DNA of 64,000 nucleotides from Eledone cirrhosa (Eukaryota). Both the position numbers and the translations under genes were made by a program. The stretch is taken from assembly GCA_964016885.1 (NCBI GenBank), contig CAXHJY010001127.1, positions 50,775 through 114,774 of the forward strand. The letters are read 5' to 3'. The notes beneath the pieces are model-generated. The model did no database searches, was not told the DNA's origin, and worked only from the letters and a program-made list of their open reading frames with translations. Below, in pieces: positions 27,231 to 42,354 of this stretch; position 1 is the stretch's first letter; every line of letters begins with the position of its first letter.

Positions 27231-27563
27231 ATCCATTATCCTTCTAAACTGGGATTAAACAATTTTGGTAAATAATGTAGGAGTTCAATGAACTGTTAAA
27301 GTCAGTTCCAAGGAGAATATTATTAGGAAGAACTGAGGCGCGAATGATATGGATATAGTTTCGCGTTGTACCTAGGAAGTCTGGCTTCGTACCGTGATTA
27401 CTTCTTTCGCATCGTATGTTCTTAATTCAGAATTTATATATGTATATACGTATGTATGTGTGTATATATAGATATATGTATATATGTATGGGTGTATATA
27501 TATATATATACAGTATATATATGTGTGTGTGTATTTGTATGTATTTGTATATATGCTGGTATG

Positions 27564-27595
<32 letters not shown>

Positions 27596-27972
27596 GACAG
27601 AGAGAGAGAGAGAGAGAGATATGTGTATATAAATGTGTATGTATGTATATATATGTATGTATGTATATATGGGTGTATATATACATATGAATGTATGTAT
27701 GTATATGTGTGTATATATATATATGTGTGTGTATGTATGGGTGTATATATATATATATATATATATGTATATTTATATGTATATATATATATATATATGT
27801 ATATTTATATATATATATGTATATTTATATGTATATTTATATATATATATATGTATATTTATATATATATATGTATATTTATATGTATATAAATATGCAT
27901 ATTTATATGTATATATATATATATTTATATTTATATGTATATATATATATTTATATGTATATATATATATAT

Positions 27973-28012
<40 letters not shown>

Positions 28013-28046
28013 ATATATATATATGTGTGTGTGTATGTATGTAGGT

Positions 28047-28083
<37 letters not shown>

Positions 28084-28479
28084 CATACATACATACACAT
28101 ACACACAGCTATATACGTACGTGTGTGTGTGTGTGTTTGTGTTTGTATGTGTATGTGTGAATGGAATAAACCCATAGCTCATTGGCGCGGAGAAACTACA
28201 CACAGACGTGTTTGCTTTTGTATTTCCTTGTACACCGACTGTTCTAGAAGTGTGTGTGTGTGTGTGGGGGGGGGGGGGGGGTTATAGATCAACCCGGTAG
28301 AGTGCATCCTTCATACGGGCTGCTTACTAAAGAATTGATCGTGAATCTAAGTGCAGCAACCTTTCGCTCAGTTGAGTAGATTATGCGAATTTTATTTAAA
28401 CTACATTTATTATATCATAATGAGGGAGATGGATTGTCAGGATCGGAAGAGCATCGGATAATATGTTTTGCGGTATAGT

Positions 28480-29100
28480 ATTATGGTCCTTTATGTTTTG
28501 AGTTCATATCCCACCGTGTTTAGCTTTGTTTTTCAACATGACGAGGTCTGTATGTTTGTGAATGTGTGTGTGTGTGTATAGAAACAAATGAGTACCGGTA
28601 GGGGCCTCAGAAGCCGTGCTTTGCAGCATAGAGATATGGCCCTTTACGGTCTGAGTTCAAATCCCGCTGAGGTCAACTTTGCCTTTCATCCTTACGCAAT
28701 CGATAAAATAAAGTACCTGTAATGTACTGGGGTAATGGCTGGTCTTGTGCCAAAAGTAGAAACAATTATTAAGGGTGATGAATTGGCAGTATCGGTAGAG
28801 GGTCGCACGCCGTGCTTTGTAGCACAGAGTTACTGCCCTTTACGGTTTGAGTTCAAATCCCGCCGAGGTTAACTTTGCCCCTCCTTGCGGAGGTCGATAA
28901 AGTAAAGTATCAGTGAATTAATTGCGGGCCTTGTGCCAAAAATAGGATTTACAGAATTGCTTGAGCGTCGGACATGATTTGCAGCATAGAGTTTTGGCCT
29001 TTTACGTTCTGGGTTCACAACCCAGCGAGGTTAACTTTGTCTTTCATCCTTACGCGGGTTGATAAAATAAAGTACCAGTAATGCACTGGTGTTGTTTTAA
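28480..29100 (+). mobile_element. Head-to-tail SINE family A copies
   Basis: Repeated B-box and gtcgataaaataaagtacc core. Confidence 0.8.
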
Positions 29101-29476
29101 TTGAACTTCCTCTCTCCTATAAATGGAATCTACGGGACTACAAAGGTGAGTTCTTTTGAATGAAACAGTTCTAGTCCTGTAGAAGCCATTCCTGTATTGA
29201 ACATGATTATCTCTCTCTGTCTTTCTCGCTCTCTCTCTCGCTCTCCCTCTCTCTCTCTCGCTCTCCCTCTTTTTCTCTCGCTCTCCCTCGCCCTCTCTCC
29301 TCTCCTTCGCTCTCCCTCTCCCTCGCTCCCTCTCTCTCTCACTCCCTCTCTCTCTCACTCCCTCCCTCTACCTCTCACTCCCTCCCTCTCCCTCTCACTC
29401 ACTCCCCTCTCTCTCCCTATCACTCTCACTCCTCCCTCTCTCTCCCTCCCTCTTTCAACTTCTATCTCTCTTTCAA

Positions 29477-29534
<58 letters not shown>

Positions 29535-29728
29535 CGTATATAGATATCTCTGTCTCTCACTCTCTCTCTCTCTTCATATCTATATATGTATTATATATAC
29601 ATATATACATAAACGGAGACACCTTATAGTGATACCCGACCATTTTCCAACTCACTCAACAAACTTTAGGAAATGCCGGAGTATATTCCCAATTAAACGT
29701 TTGGGACGCTAACTATATTGTATTGTGT

Positions 29729-29762
<34 letters not shown>

Positions 29763-29766
<4 letters not shown>

Positions 29767-29950
29767 AAGTATGACCCCGACGGCAGAGCTCAAGCCGTTA
29801 CGACGGGTAATTCAGTCCAGAAATAGCCGTCGAAACGGCTTGAGCTCTGCCGTCGGGGTCATACTTTTTCCTATTTCCCACTCTACTACCCTAAGTATTG
29901 AGTACTCTGGTGCGTTATGGTCCACCTCGTTCCTTACCACAATTCCTTTG
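29763..29950. mobile_element. H2 family element fragment with fold-back of the HHR 3' half
   Basis: gaccccgacggcagagctcaagccg / cgaaacggcttgagctctgccgtcggggtc; shared tail gagtactctggtgcgttatggtccacc. Confidence 0.7.
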
Positions 29951-30011
<61 letters not shown>

Positions 30012-30012
<1 letters not shown>

Positions 30013-30383
30013 TATTTCGTTTCTGAATTTGTTTAGCAAGATTCTTTATCTGAAATCGTGTGTTGAAACCGATATTGTTATACTTTGGGAGGGTCATGTC
30101 TGAGCACACAACACACACACAGAAACAAAATGGCGTGGGTCAGAACAAAGGAGAGGCACAGAAACAAAGAAAGGAACCCCCAGTCACTGAACAGGTCACA
30201 GAGTGCGTGACGAAATAACTATGACTATATGTAAACAACTATCTGGTTGGGGAACCAACGAACCAACCAGAAATTTATAAATTTATAAATTTATAAATTT
30301 ATAAATATATAATAAATTGAAGTGAAAGCAACTGGTGCCTGTGTTTCTTATTGGCAACATGACCCGCCCAAAGTATAACAATA
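30012..30383 (+). mobile_element. H6 family element; HHR at 30182-30226 has a mutated core (CTGAACA)
   Basis: Reverse-orientation homologue of 23835-24228. Confidence 0.7.
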
Positions 30384-30525
30384 TATATATATATATATAT
30401 ATAGAAGTGGTTACACAACAGTTAGTTCACCATACCGAGAACAATTGTTTCACCTTAGCGGATCCTCATATTTATATATATATATTTAAATATATATATA
30501 AATGGATATATATATATTGTGTGTG

Positions 30526-30563
<38 letters not shown>

Positions 30564-30602
30564 TGTAAATGGATATATATATGTGTATATATATATATTG
30601 TG

Positions 30603-30665
<63 letters not shown>

Positions 30666-31110
30666 GTGTATATATATACACCAAGTTTGCTGTTGTGATA
30701 TAAATTTCCAATTTTCTTCTCCTCCACACTCCCCCCCCCCCCTCTCTCTCGTTATATATATATATATGAGGTGTACTCTAATTCTGTTCCTCTGTTCTAT
30801 ATTTCCATTCCTGTACACAACATACCTTCTCATCATTGTGTTCACTTAATCTTTGAATACTTGTTCAGTCACCTATTGTCTGTGATAGCTTCTCTCCATA
30901 GCATTGATACACACACGCAGAGAAACTCACACACACACGAACACACACACACACACGCGCACACACATATATATACACGCAAGCACACGCATACAAATCC
31001 AGTATATGTAATATATATACTGGCATACAAATATACTTACCTGTATATATATCTACGCAAGTACATACATATAGACATGCCTACACACACACATATATAT
31101 ACATGCATAC

Positions 31111-31149
<39 letters not shown>

Positions 31150-31498
31150 CAGACACATGTATACATACACACATATATGCGTACGTACTCAAACGCATAC
31201 ATACACATATACATACACTCAAACATACATACTTACGTCTAAGCATACATATGCATACATATATGTATATACATACACAATCAAATATACACTTACACAC
31301 ATACATACACACATACATACATATATATATATATATATACATACATATACATATATTTACACACTGTTACCAATTATCCCCCCCCCCCCCCCTTACACAG
31401 TTTACCTACCTGGTTTGAATTTCTTATAATATTCTCTTTTTTCTTCATAATTTTTTCAATGACAATATATTCATTACACACACACATATATATATGTA

Positions 31499-31532
<34 letters not shown>

Positions 31533-31720
31533 CATACATATATATGTATACACCAATACATATATGTATATACATACATATATATGTATATATATAAATA
31601 TATATACACACATACAAATATATAAACATATATATACACACACACATACATACATACATATATATATATATATAAATGAAAAGTATAGAAATTATTGTAG
31701 CAAGAAGCCAAGAGTATTCC

Positions 31721-31759
<39 letters not shown>

Positions 31760-31789
31760 AGAATATATATTTTTTGTGTCAACTTTAAT

Positions 31790-31821
<32 letters not shown>

Positions 31822-32065
31822 ACGGAAATACTTCATTCACACACACACATTCACACACACACAGACACAGACACACACACACACACTATTAGAACTACAA
31901 CCACCATCATCATCACCACCACCACCACCACCACCACTACTATACACCAATCATCATATTCTACATCATTGCTCACCTATGTTCTGTACCCTGCTGGGCT
32001 GTGTTGACTGATAACGGAATTTCAGGTGAAATTCTTGCGATTTTCTTTTACTTAGTCACACAAGA

Positions 32066-35000
32066 TGGTCTTCTCTACTGTGGCTCATTCCTCTCTCTCT
32101 TTCTCTCCTCCTTCAGTATAGTTCACTCATTCATTGGTTCTCTCTACTGTGGCTCATTCCTCTCTCTCTTTCTCTCCTCCTTCAGTATAGTTCACTCATT
32201 CATTGGTCTTCTCTACTGTGGCTCATTCCTCTCTTTCTTTCTCTCCTATTTAAGTATAGTTCACTCGTTCATTGGTCTTCTCTACTGTGGCTCATTCCTC
32301 TCTTTCTTTCTCTCTTATTTAAGTATAGTTCACTCATTCATTGGTCTTCTCTACTGTGGCTCATTCCTCTCTTTCTTTCTCTCCTTCTTCAGTATAGTTC
32401 ACTCATTCATTGGTCTTCTCTACTGTGGCTCATTCCTCTCTTTCTTTCTCTCCTATTTAAGTATAATTCACTCATTCATTGGTCTTCTCTACTGTGGCTC
32501 ATTCCTCTCTTTCTTTCTCTCCTATTTAAGTATAGTTCACTCGTTCATTGGTCTTCTCTACTGTGGCTAATTCCCCTCTTTCTTTCTCTCTTATTTAAGT
32601 ATAGTTCACTCATTCATTGGTCTTCTCTACTGTGGCTCATTCCTCTCTTTCTTTCTCTCCTTCTTCAGTATAGTTCACTCATTCATTGGTCTTCTCTACT
32701 GTGGCTCATTCCTCTCTTTCTTTCTCTCCTATTTAAGTATAATTCACTCGTTCATTGGTCTTCTCTACTGTGGCTCATTCCTCTCTTTCTTTCTCTCCTT
32801 CTTCAGTATAGTTCACTCATTCATTGGTCTTCTCTACTGTGGCTCATTCCTCTCTTTCTTTCTCTCCTTCTTCAGTATAGTTCACTCATTCATTGGTCTT
32901 CTCTACTGTGGCTCATTCCTCTCTTTCTTTCTCTCCTTCTTCAGTATAGTTCACTCATTCATTGGTCTTCTCTACTGTGGCTCATTCCTCTCTTTCTTTC
33001 TCTCCTTCTTCAGTATAGTTCACTCATTCATTGGTCTTCTCTACTGTGGCTCATTCCTCTCTTTCTTTCTCTCCTATTTAAGTATAATTCACTCATTCAT
33101 TGGTCTTCTCTACTGTGGCTCATTCCTCTCTTTCTTTCTCTCCTATTTAAGTATAGTTCACTCGTTCATTGGTCTTCTCTACTGTGGCTAATTCCCCTCT
33201 TTCTTTCTCTCTTATTTAAGTATAGTTCACTCATTCATTGGTCTTCTCTACTGTGGCTCATTCCTCTCTTTCTTTCTCTCCTTCTTCAGTATAGTTCACT
33301 CATTCATTGGTCTTCTCTACTGTGGCTCATTCCTCTCTTTCTTTCTCTCCTATTTAAGTATAATTCACTCGTTCATTGGTCTTCTCTACTGTGGCTCATT
33401 CCTCTCTTTCTTTCTCTCCTTCTTCAGTATAGTTCACTCATTCATTGGTCTTCTCTACTGTGGCTCATTCCTCTCTTTCTTTCTCTCCTTCTTCAGTATA
33501 GTTCACTCATTCATTGGTCTTCTCTACTGTGGCTCATTCCTCTCTTTCTTTCTCTCCTTCTTCAGTATAGTTCACTCATTCATTGGTCTTCTCTACTGTG
33601 GCTCATTCCTCTCTTTCTTTCTCTCCTTCTTCAGTATAGTTCACTCATTCATTGGTCTTCTCTACTGTGGCTCATTCCTCTCTTTCTTTCTCTCCTATTT
33701 AAGTATAGTTCACTCATTCATTGGTCTTCTCTACTGTGGCTCATTCCTCTCTTTCTTTCTCTCCTATTTAAGTATAGTTCACTCATTCATTGGTCTTCTC
33801 TACTGTGGCTCATTCCTCTCTTTCTTTCTGTCCTTCTTCAGTATAGTTCACTCATTCATTGGTCTTCTCTACTGTGGCTCATTCCTCTCTTTCTTTCTCT
33901 CCTCCTTCAGTATAGTTCACTCATTCATTGGTCTTCTCTACTGTGGCTCATTCCTCTCTTTCTTTCTCTCCTCCTTCAGTATAGTTCACTCATTCATTGG
34001 TCTTCTCTACTGTGGCTCATTCCTCTCTTTCTGTCTCTCCTCCTTCAGTATAGTTCACTCATTCATTGGTCTTTTCTACTGTGGCTCATTCCTCTCTTTC
34101 TTTCTCTCCTCCTTCAGTATAGTTCACTCATTCATTGGTCTTCTCTACTGTGGCTCATTCCTCTCTTTCTTTCTCTCCTCCTTCAGTATAGTTCACTCAT
34201 TCATTGGTCTTCTCTACTGTGGCTCATGCCTCTCTTTCTTTCTCTCCTCCTTCAGTATAGTTCACTCATTCATTGGTCTTCTCTACTGTGGCTCATTCCT
34301 CTCTTTCTTTCTCTCCTCCTTCAGTATAGTTCACTCATTCATTGGTCTTCTCTACTGTGGCTCATTCCTCTCTTTCTTTCTCTCCTCCTTCAGTATAGTT
34401 CACTCATTCATTGGTCTTCTCTACTGTGGCTCATTCCTCTCTTTCTTTCTCTCCTCCAGTATAGTTCACTCATTCATTGGTCTTCTCTACTGTGGCTCAT
34501 TCCTCTCTTTCTTTCTCTCCTCCTTCAGTATAGTTCACTCATTCATTGGTCTTCTCTACTGTGGCTCATTCCTCTCTTTCTTTCTCTCCTCCTTCAGTAT
34601 AGTTCACTCATTCATTGGTCTTCTCTACTGTGCCTCATTCCTCTCTTTCTTTCTCTCCTCCTTCAGTATAGTTCACTCATTCATTGGTCTTCTCTACTGT
34701 GGCTTATTCCTCTCTTCCTTTCTCCCCTCCTTCAGTATAGTTCACTCATTCATTGGTCTTCTCTACTGTGGCTCATTCCTCTCTTTCTTTCTCTCCTCCT
34801 TCAGTATAGTTCACTCATTCATTGGTCTTCTCTACTGTGGCTCATTCCTCTCTTTCTTTCTCTCCTCCTTCAGTATAGTTCACTCATTCATTGGTCTTCT
34901 CTACTGTGCCTCATTCCTCTCTTTCTTTCTCTCCTCCTTCAGTATAGTTCACTCATTCATTGGTCTTCTCTACTGTGGCTTATTCCTCTCTTTCTTTCTC

Positions 35001-37200
35001 CCCTCCTTCAGTATAGTTCACTCATTCATTGGTCTTCTCTACTGTGGCTTATTCCTCTCTTTCTTTCTCCCCTCCTTCAGTATAGTTCTCTCATTGATTG
35101 GTCTTCTCTACTGTGGCTCATTCCTCTCTTTCTTTCTCTCCTCCTTCAGTATAGTTCACTCATTCATTGGTCTTCTCTACTGTGGCTCATTCCTCTCTTT
35201 CTTTCTCTCCTCCTTCAGTATAGTTCACTCATTCATTGGTCTTCTCTACTGTGGCTCATTCCTCTCTTTCTTTCTCTCCTCCTTCAGTATAGTTCACTCA
35301 TTCATTGGTCTTCTCTACTGTGGCTCATTCCTCTCTTTCTTTCTCTCCTCCTTCAGTATAGTTCACTCATTCATTGGTCTTCTCTACTGTGGCTCATTCC
35401 TCTTTTTCTTTCTCTCCTCCTTCAGTATAGTTCACTCATTCATTGGTCTTCTCTACTGTGGCTCATTCCTCTCTTTCTTTCTCTCCTCCTTCAGTATAGT
35501 TCACTCATTCATTGGTCTTCTCTACTGTGGCTCATGCCTCTCTTTCTTTCTCTCCTCCTTCAGTATAGTTCACTCATTCATTGGTCTTCTCTACTGTGGC
35601 TCATTCCTCTCTTTCTTTCTCTCCTCCTTCAGTATAGTTCACTCATTCATTGGTCTTCTCTACTGTGGCTCATTCCTCTCTTTATTTCTCTCCTCCTTCA
35701 GTATAGTTCACTCATTCATTGGTCTTCTCTACTGTGGCTCATTCCTCTCTTTCTTTCTCTCCTCCTTCAGTATAGTTCTCTCATTCATTGGTCTTCTCTA
35801 CTGTGGCTCATGCCTCTCTTTCTTTCTCTCCTCCTTCAGTATAGTTCACTCATTCATTGGTCTTCTCTACTGTGGCTCATTCCTCTCTTTCTTTCTCTCC
35901 TCCTTCAGTATAGTTCACTCATTCATTGGTCTTCTCTACTGTGGCTCATTCCTCTCTTTCTTTCTCTCCTCCAGTATAGTTCACTCATTCATTGGTCTTC
36001 TCTACTGTGGCTCATTCCTCTCTTTCTTTCTCTCCTCCAGTATAGTTCACTCATTCATTGGTCTTCTCTACTGTGGCTCATTCCTCTCTTTCTTTCTCTC
36101 CTCCAGTATAGTTCACTCATTCATTGGTCTTCTCTACTGTGGCTCATTCCTCTCTTTCTTTCTCTCCTCCTTCAGTATAGTTCACTCATTCATTGGTCTT
36201 CTCTACTGTGGCTCATTCCTCTCTTTCTTTCTCTCCTCCAGTATAGTTCACTCATTCATTGGTCTTCTCTACTGTGGCTCATTCCTGTCTTTCTTTCTCT
36301 CCTCCTTCAGTATAGTTCACTCATTCATTGGTCTTCTCTACTGTGGCTCATTCCTCTCTTTATTTCTCTCCTCCTTCAGTATAGTTCACTCATTCATTGG
36401 TCTTCTCTACTGTGGCTCATTCCTCTCTTTCTTTCTCTCCTCCTTCAGTATAGTTCTCTCATTCATTGGTCTTCTCTACTGTGGCTCATGCCTCTCTTTC
36501 TTTCTCTCCTCTTTCAGTATAGTTCACTCATTCATTGGTCTTCTCTACTGTGGCTCATTCCTCTCTTTCTTTCTCTCCTCCTTCAGTATAGTTCACTCAT
36601 TCATTGGTCTTCTCTACTGTGGCTCATTCCTCTCTTTCTTTCTCTCCTCCAGTATAGTTCACTCATTCATTGGTCTTCTCTACTGTGGCTCATTCCTCTC
36701 TTTCTTTCTCTCCTCCTTCAGTATAGTTCACTCATTCATTGGTCTTCTCTACTGTGTCTCATTCCTCTCTTTCTTTCTCTCCTCCAGTATAGTTCACTCA
36801 TTCATTGGTCTTCTCTACTGTGGCTCATTCCTCTCTTTCTTTCTCTCCTCCAGTATAGTTCACTCATTCATTGGTCTTCTCTACTGTGGCTCATTCCTCT
36901 CTTTCTTTCTCTCCTCCTTCAGTATAGTTCACTCATTCATTGGTCTTCTCTACTGTGGCTCATTCCTCTCTTTCTTTCTCTCCTCCTTCAGTATAGTTCA
37001 CTCATTCATTGGTCTTCTCTACTGCAGCTCATTCCTCTCTTTCTTTCTCTCCTCCTTCAGTATAATTCACTCATTCATTGGTCTTCTCTACTGTGGCTCA
37101 TTCCTCTCTCTCTTTCTCTCCTCCTTCAGTATAGTTCACTTATTCATTGGTCTTCTCTACTGCAGCTCATTCCTTTCTTTCTTTCTCTCCTTCTTCATTC
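32066..37200. repeat. 69-bp tandem satellite, roughly 75 units
   Basis: Unit ggtcttctctactgtggctcattcctctctttctttctctcctccttcagtatagttcactcattcatt, with 66-bp deletion variants. Confidence 0.97.
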
Positions 37201-37379
37201 CTCTCTCTTTCGTAACATTTAACAGCGAATCTTTATGTTATAAGATCAAATCCCTTGAAGGTTAATTTTGTTCATCCTAGTGAGGTCGATAAAATTAGGG
37301 GCCAATGAGAAAGTGTTGTGTTCTTTAGAATCATACTTCATTTTATGTTGCTCTCGAATGTATGACAGCTCACACCTAT

Positions 37380-37605
37380 GCAGGTTTAGCTGGCCTCCTC
37401 CATGGTATATCTAATTGGCGGTGTCTTGTGTAATTTAATGATAGGGACCCCAGTCATATCATCTCATTTCTACAGCTGAGGAAACTGGAGCAACGTGAAA
37501 TAAAGTGTCTTGCTCAAGGAAACAACACATCACCTGGTCCGAGAATTGAACTCACAACCTTTCGATTGCAAGCCCAATGCTCTAACCACTAAGCCATGCA
37601 CCTTA
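37380..37605 (-). mobile_element. CORE-type SINE
   Basis: ggagcaacgtgaaataaagtgtcttgctcaagg...ctctaaccactaagccatgcacc. Confidence 0.7.
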
Positions 37606-37796
37606 ACATGGTAAAGTTGCTCCAGTATACTCAGCTGAAAATGAATACCAGAAATAGCTGGGGGTTTAATCCTGCGATAGACTGGCGTCCTGTCCCGGGG
37701 GGCACGTCAGGTACTCTCAAACGCTTCGTGGTAAGGACTGGCGAGGTGAGCTACTGGGCTCGAGAGTGATTTAAGAATTTCAGAATGTATTTGTGA

Positions 37797-38010
37797 AGTC
37801 GCGTGCCTTAGTGGTTACAAAGATGGTTTCGCAATCGTGAAGTTGCAAGTTCAATTTTCGGACAAGGTGATGCGTTGTGTCCTTCAGCAAGACACTTTAT
37901 TTCACGTTGCTGTTACTCATTTTTCCAGAGGTTGCGACCAGTAGATAACATCAGCAATGGATACACCGATGGAAACATGATTTTCTTGGTCAGATTTGAC
38001 GAGGTCCACC
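37797..38010 (+). mobile_element. CORE-type SINE family B, diverged
   Basis: cgtgccttagtggtta...gttcaatt...tgtgtccttcagcaagacactttatttcacgttgc; 3' part homologous to the 13088 copy. Confidence 0.7.
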
Positions 38011-38452
38011 CCGCTCGGTAAACTAGTGAGGTTTCGCTGGAATCTTGTTTATCGATCAGAGATAGAGGACAAGAAAGTATTGGAAACGGTGCCATTGATT
38101 TTCCAATCATACTAAGATTGCTGCCCCCCCTCCCCCTGTACTTAAATTCAAAACAATTATAGGTCCTTTGTTGTCATTACTGTTTTGACACTAGTACTGG
38201 TGGTAGTAGTAACAGTAGTAGTGGTGGTGGTGGTGTTGGTGGTGGTGCCAATGGTGGTGTTGGTACCAGTGGTGGTGGTGGTGGTGGTGGTGGCGGTGCT
38301 CGTTGCTGTCTTGCAGTCAACAACATTCCACTTTTTCAAAAGCAGCATGTATACATAACTTCGCATATGACTCACAAAGAATCATACACACGCATGTATA
38401 CACCTCATATATGTATACGCATTTTAATGCGAATGTATATGTACATACTATA

Positions 38453-38511
<59 letters not shown>

Positions 38512-39056
38512 GCACACACATATATATCTCTTGTAAATTCAAACATTTATGCATACATATGCGCATATATAATTATATATATATATATGCGTAGATATAG
38601 AAATACATATATATATATATATATATATTATATTTATATATATATTTATATATATATTTATATATATATTTATATATATATATATTTATATATATATACA
38701 CACGTTGAGGTTCACAATCAGTTGCACAAAACATACATATGTGCATAGATTGAAACTTTGCAAGACATGCAATGCGCATGCACATACATACATAAGTGAC
38801 ACACAATAAACATGTTTACATCCACACACACACACACACAGGTGCACTTATATACCACATCAGTGCACACTTATAACGCATATATTCACACAATACAATT
38901 ACATACAAATGCATTGCAACTTAAATGCAGCGACGTGCACAGTCATACATTCACACGCCATAAAAAAATATTTCCGCTAATCGCATACATATGCCACAAA
39001 AATGCTTCTGTAGACAGACACACAAAGACACACACACACACACACACACACAGACA

Positions 39057-39125
<69 letters not shown>

Positions 39126-39139
39126 AGAGACAGACAGAC

Positions 39140-39182
<43 letters not shown>

Positions 39183-39457
39183 TGTTTGTCTGTGTGACAG
39201 AGAAAGTTTAAATATATATATATGTATGTATGTATAAATATATTTATATATATATATACGTCTGTATATATATGTGTATATATGTATATGTATATATATG
39301 TATGTATATGTATATATATCTATGTATATATATGTATGTATATATGTATATACATGTATATATATATATATATGTGTATATATGCGTGTGTGTATATATA
39401 TATATGTATATAAGTATATGAATACGTATATATATATATATGTATATAAGTATATGA

Positions 39458-39499
<42 letters not shown>

Positions 39500-39612
39500 A
39501 TATGTATGTATATATACATGTATATATGTATATGCATATATATGTATATGTATATATATGTATATGCATATATAAGTATATGTATATATATATATGTATA
39601 TGGATATGTATA

Positions 39613-39657
<45 letters not shown>

Positions 39658-39779
39658 GTGTATATATATGAATATATATATGTGTACATATATGTTTATA
39701 TATATATGTGTGTATATATATATATATGTATATATATGTATATAGACACGTATATATATATGGGTGTATATAAATATAT

Positions 39780-39817
<38 letters not shown>

Positions 39818-39853
39818 CTACATATATATGTATATATATATGTATATAGACAC

Positions 39854-39895
<42 letters not shown>

Positions 39896-40250
39896 GTTTA
39901 CATAGTCAAAGCAGTATATTTATCCATGTCTAATGTATAGGTATCGGTGATGCGTATATTGAAGAGACGTACAGCGACATCTACACCTGGAGTCAGATAA
40001 TCCCTTTCTACCTATACGACTATATATATAATACAGATTTATATACACACACGTGTGTGTCTGGAGTAGGGGTGTGTATTATATAGAAGAGACACAGACG
40101 GCTGAGCTCATGCTTTTATAACATCTACTTCCAGAGTTTGGAACTAGATGTTGCATCTCGTCTCTCTATAATATAACCATACTCTACTGCACCAAGTATT
40201 GAGTACTGTGTTGAGTAATGGTCTAACTAGTTCATCACGTAATCCATCCT

Positions 40251-40284
<34 letters not shown>

Positions 40285-40318
40285 TTACAATAATCAAAGT
40301 TCAGTTTAAATCATTTAT

Positions 40319-40367
40319 TTGCTTACAATTGTTTCCTCCAAACCGAGGTTTGGATTCTTCGGAGCAA
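40319..40367 (-). ncRNA. Hammerhead motif with CCGAAGA core
   Basis: Minus strand TTGCT-CCGAAGA-aTCCAAAC-ctcg-GTTTGGAg-GAAA-C-AATT-G-TA-AGCAA. Confidence 0.65.
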
Positions 40368-40660
40368 CTATTTAGTGATCTATAACATACTTGACCTCCT
40401 TTTCAACACAAGAGACATATAAAAACATATGCATATATTGACCCACAGTGGGTTGACATCCATCATAATGATATAGCATGGCAATTTACATATAAAGGTT
40501 AAAGGATTAAAATAAAAATAAAAATAAAAATAAAACATTGGCAGTTTATGAAGATAAAGCAAGAGGAAAGTTTAGAGTAGTCAGTGTATGAAACAATCTC
40601 ACGTGTGGCATGCACGCGTGTCTCATTTATACAGGATTAGAGTATATATGTATCCTTAAT

Positions 40661-40696
<36 letters not shown>

Positions 40697-40698
<2 letters not shown>

Positions 40699-40820
40699 CA
40701 ATAAAGGTATGGTAAGACACAAGGTGGAGCACGACGCACCAGAGTACTCAATACTTAGGATACTTCAGATCTAGCTACCGAAACGACCGAAGTTCTGCCG
40801 TCGGGGTCCTGACTCTTTTC

Positions 40821-40873
<53 letters not shown>

Positions 40874-41064
40874 ACAGAAACTAATTAGTTGGAGTGAAAA
40901 TGTTAGTAAGTAAGTTGATTTTTAAATTTTAAAATTTTCTTATTTTACGTCTTTCATATAATTGTTCTGCATCCCCCTGCATAGAACCACAAAGGTACTA
41001 AGACATAACATATATATTTGCTAGCATAGGTGAACATCTGTACACATATGTTGGTAAATGTACT

Positions 41065-41157
<93 letters not shown>

Positions 41158-41563
41158 ATAATACTAATATATATGTAGTAAGAAACACAGTAAATCGTGT
41201 GTCTAATATTACGAGGGTTGAAAGACTACATTTGTTTGAAATATTTAACCAAGTTAAATATTTCAAACAAATGTAGTCTTTCAACCCTCATAATATTAGA
41301 CACACGATTTACTGTGTTTCTTACTACATATATATTAGTATTATTATAATGCTCAGTATTTATACTTTGAGCTTATTGATTACAGGGTTTCAGTATGAGT
41401 TATTAACTCTAACTTTCATTTATATATATATATATATATAACAATGAGGGTATGGTAAGACACTAGGTGGAGCATAACGCACCAGAGTACTCAATACTTA
41501 GGATACTTCAGATCTAGCTATCGAAACGGCCGAAGTTCTGCCGTCGGGGTCCTGACTCTTTTC

Positions 41564-41603
<40 letters not shown>

Positions 41604-41725
41604 CAATGAGGGTATGGTAAGACACAAGGTGGAGCATAAAGCACCAGAGTACTCAATACTTAGGATACTTCAGATCTAACTATCGAAACGGCCGAAGTTC
41701 TGCCGTCGGGGTCCTGACTCTTTTC

Positions 41726-41728
<3 letters not shown>
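40697..41728 (+). repeat. Three ~127-bp H2-family units (40697-40823, 41441-41567, 41602-41728), each bounded by (TA)n
   Basis: acaatgagggtatggtaagacac...cgaaacggccgaagttctgccgtcggggtcctgactcttttcatt. Confidence 0.85.
41154..41348. repeat. Near-perfect ~195-bp palindrome
   Basis: Arms are reverse complements around aaccaagtt at about 41251. Confidence 0.9.
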
Positions 41729-41770
<42 letters not shown>

Positions 41771-41975
41771 GAAAGTCAACAACACAAAATATAACCACTC
41801 CATTACCAAATGTTTCTGGATGACAGACGATAATCAGATAATATAAGTCTGGATTGGTCATCAGCCAGAGATATTATAACAATAGATCTATTTTGTGTTG
41901 TTCACTTTCTAATTAAATAGCTCTGTTCTATACATAGAGCACTCTTTTTTTCTTTTGCTTTTCCTTCGGAATTAC

Positions 41976-42022
<47 letters not shown>

Positions 42023-42060
42023 ATATTAACAAATGGAAACTATATTTATAAAACCATATT

Positions 42061-42126
42061 TATTTCATTATACATATTTCAAGGGCCACCTAGGCAGATT
42101 ATGGTGCGCTTTCATCAGATAAGATA
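42061..42126 (-). ncRNA. Hammerhead motif, family H1
   Basis: Minus strand tatcttat-CTGATGA-aagcgcacc...ggtggccctt-GAAA-T-ATGT-A-TA-atgaaata. Confidence 0.6.
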
Positions 42127-42249
42127 TAGTATAGATTAGTTTTATAAATAAATAAATATTGACATACCCTGAAAAATGCAACCTTCACGAAGTATGTATA
42201 ATGAAATAAATATGGTTTTATAAATATGCTTCAAGTAAACTACAACTTC

Positions 42250-42309
<60 letters not shown>

Positions 42310-42354
42310 TATATATATATATAGTGTATAAAAAACAACAATACAATATAATTA

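Noticed and set aside
32066-37200. CRISPR array, or satellite-borne hammerhead (CTGAAGA...GAAA on minus in some units)
   Set aside because: No unique spacers; the purine-only context cannot form stems II or III.
34226-37265. 998-aa and 723-aa hydrophobic repeat ORFs
   Set aside because: Two overlapping frames of a 69-bp satellite; the starts arise from point variants inside units.
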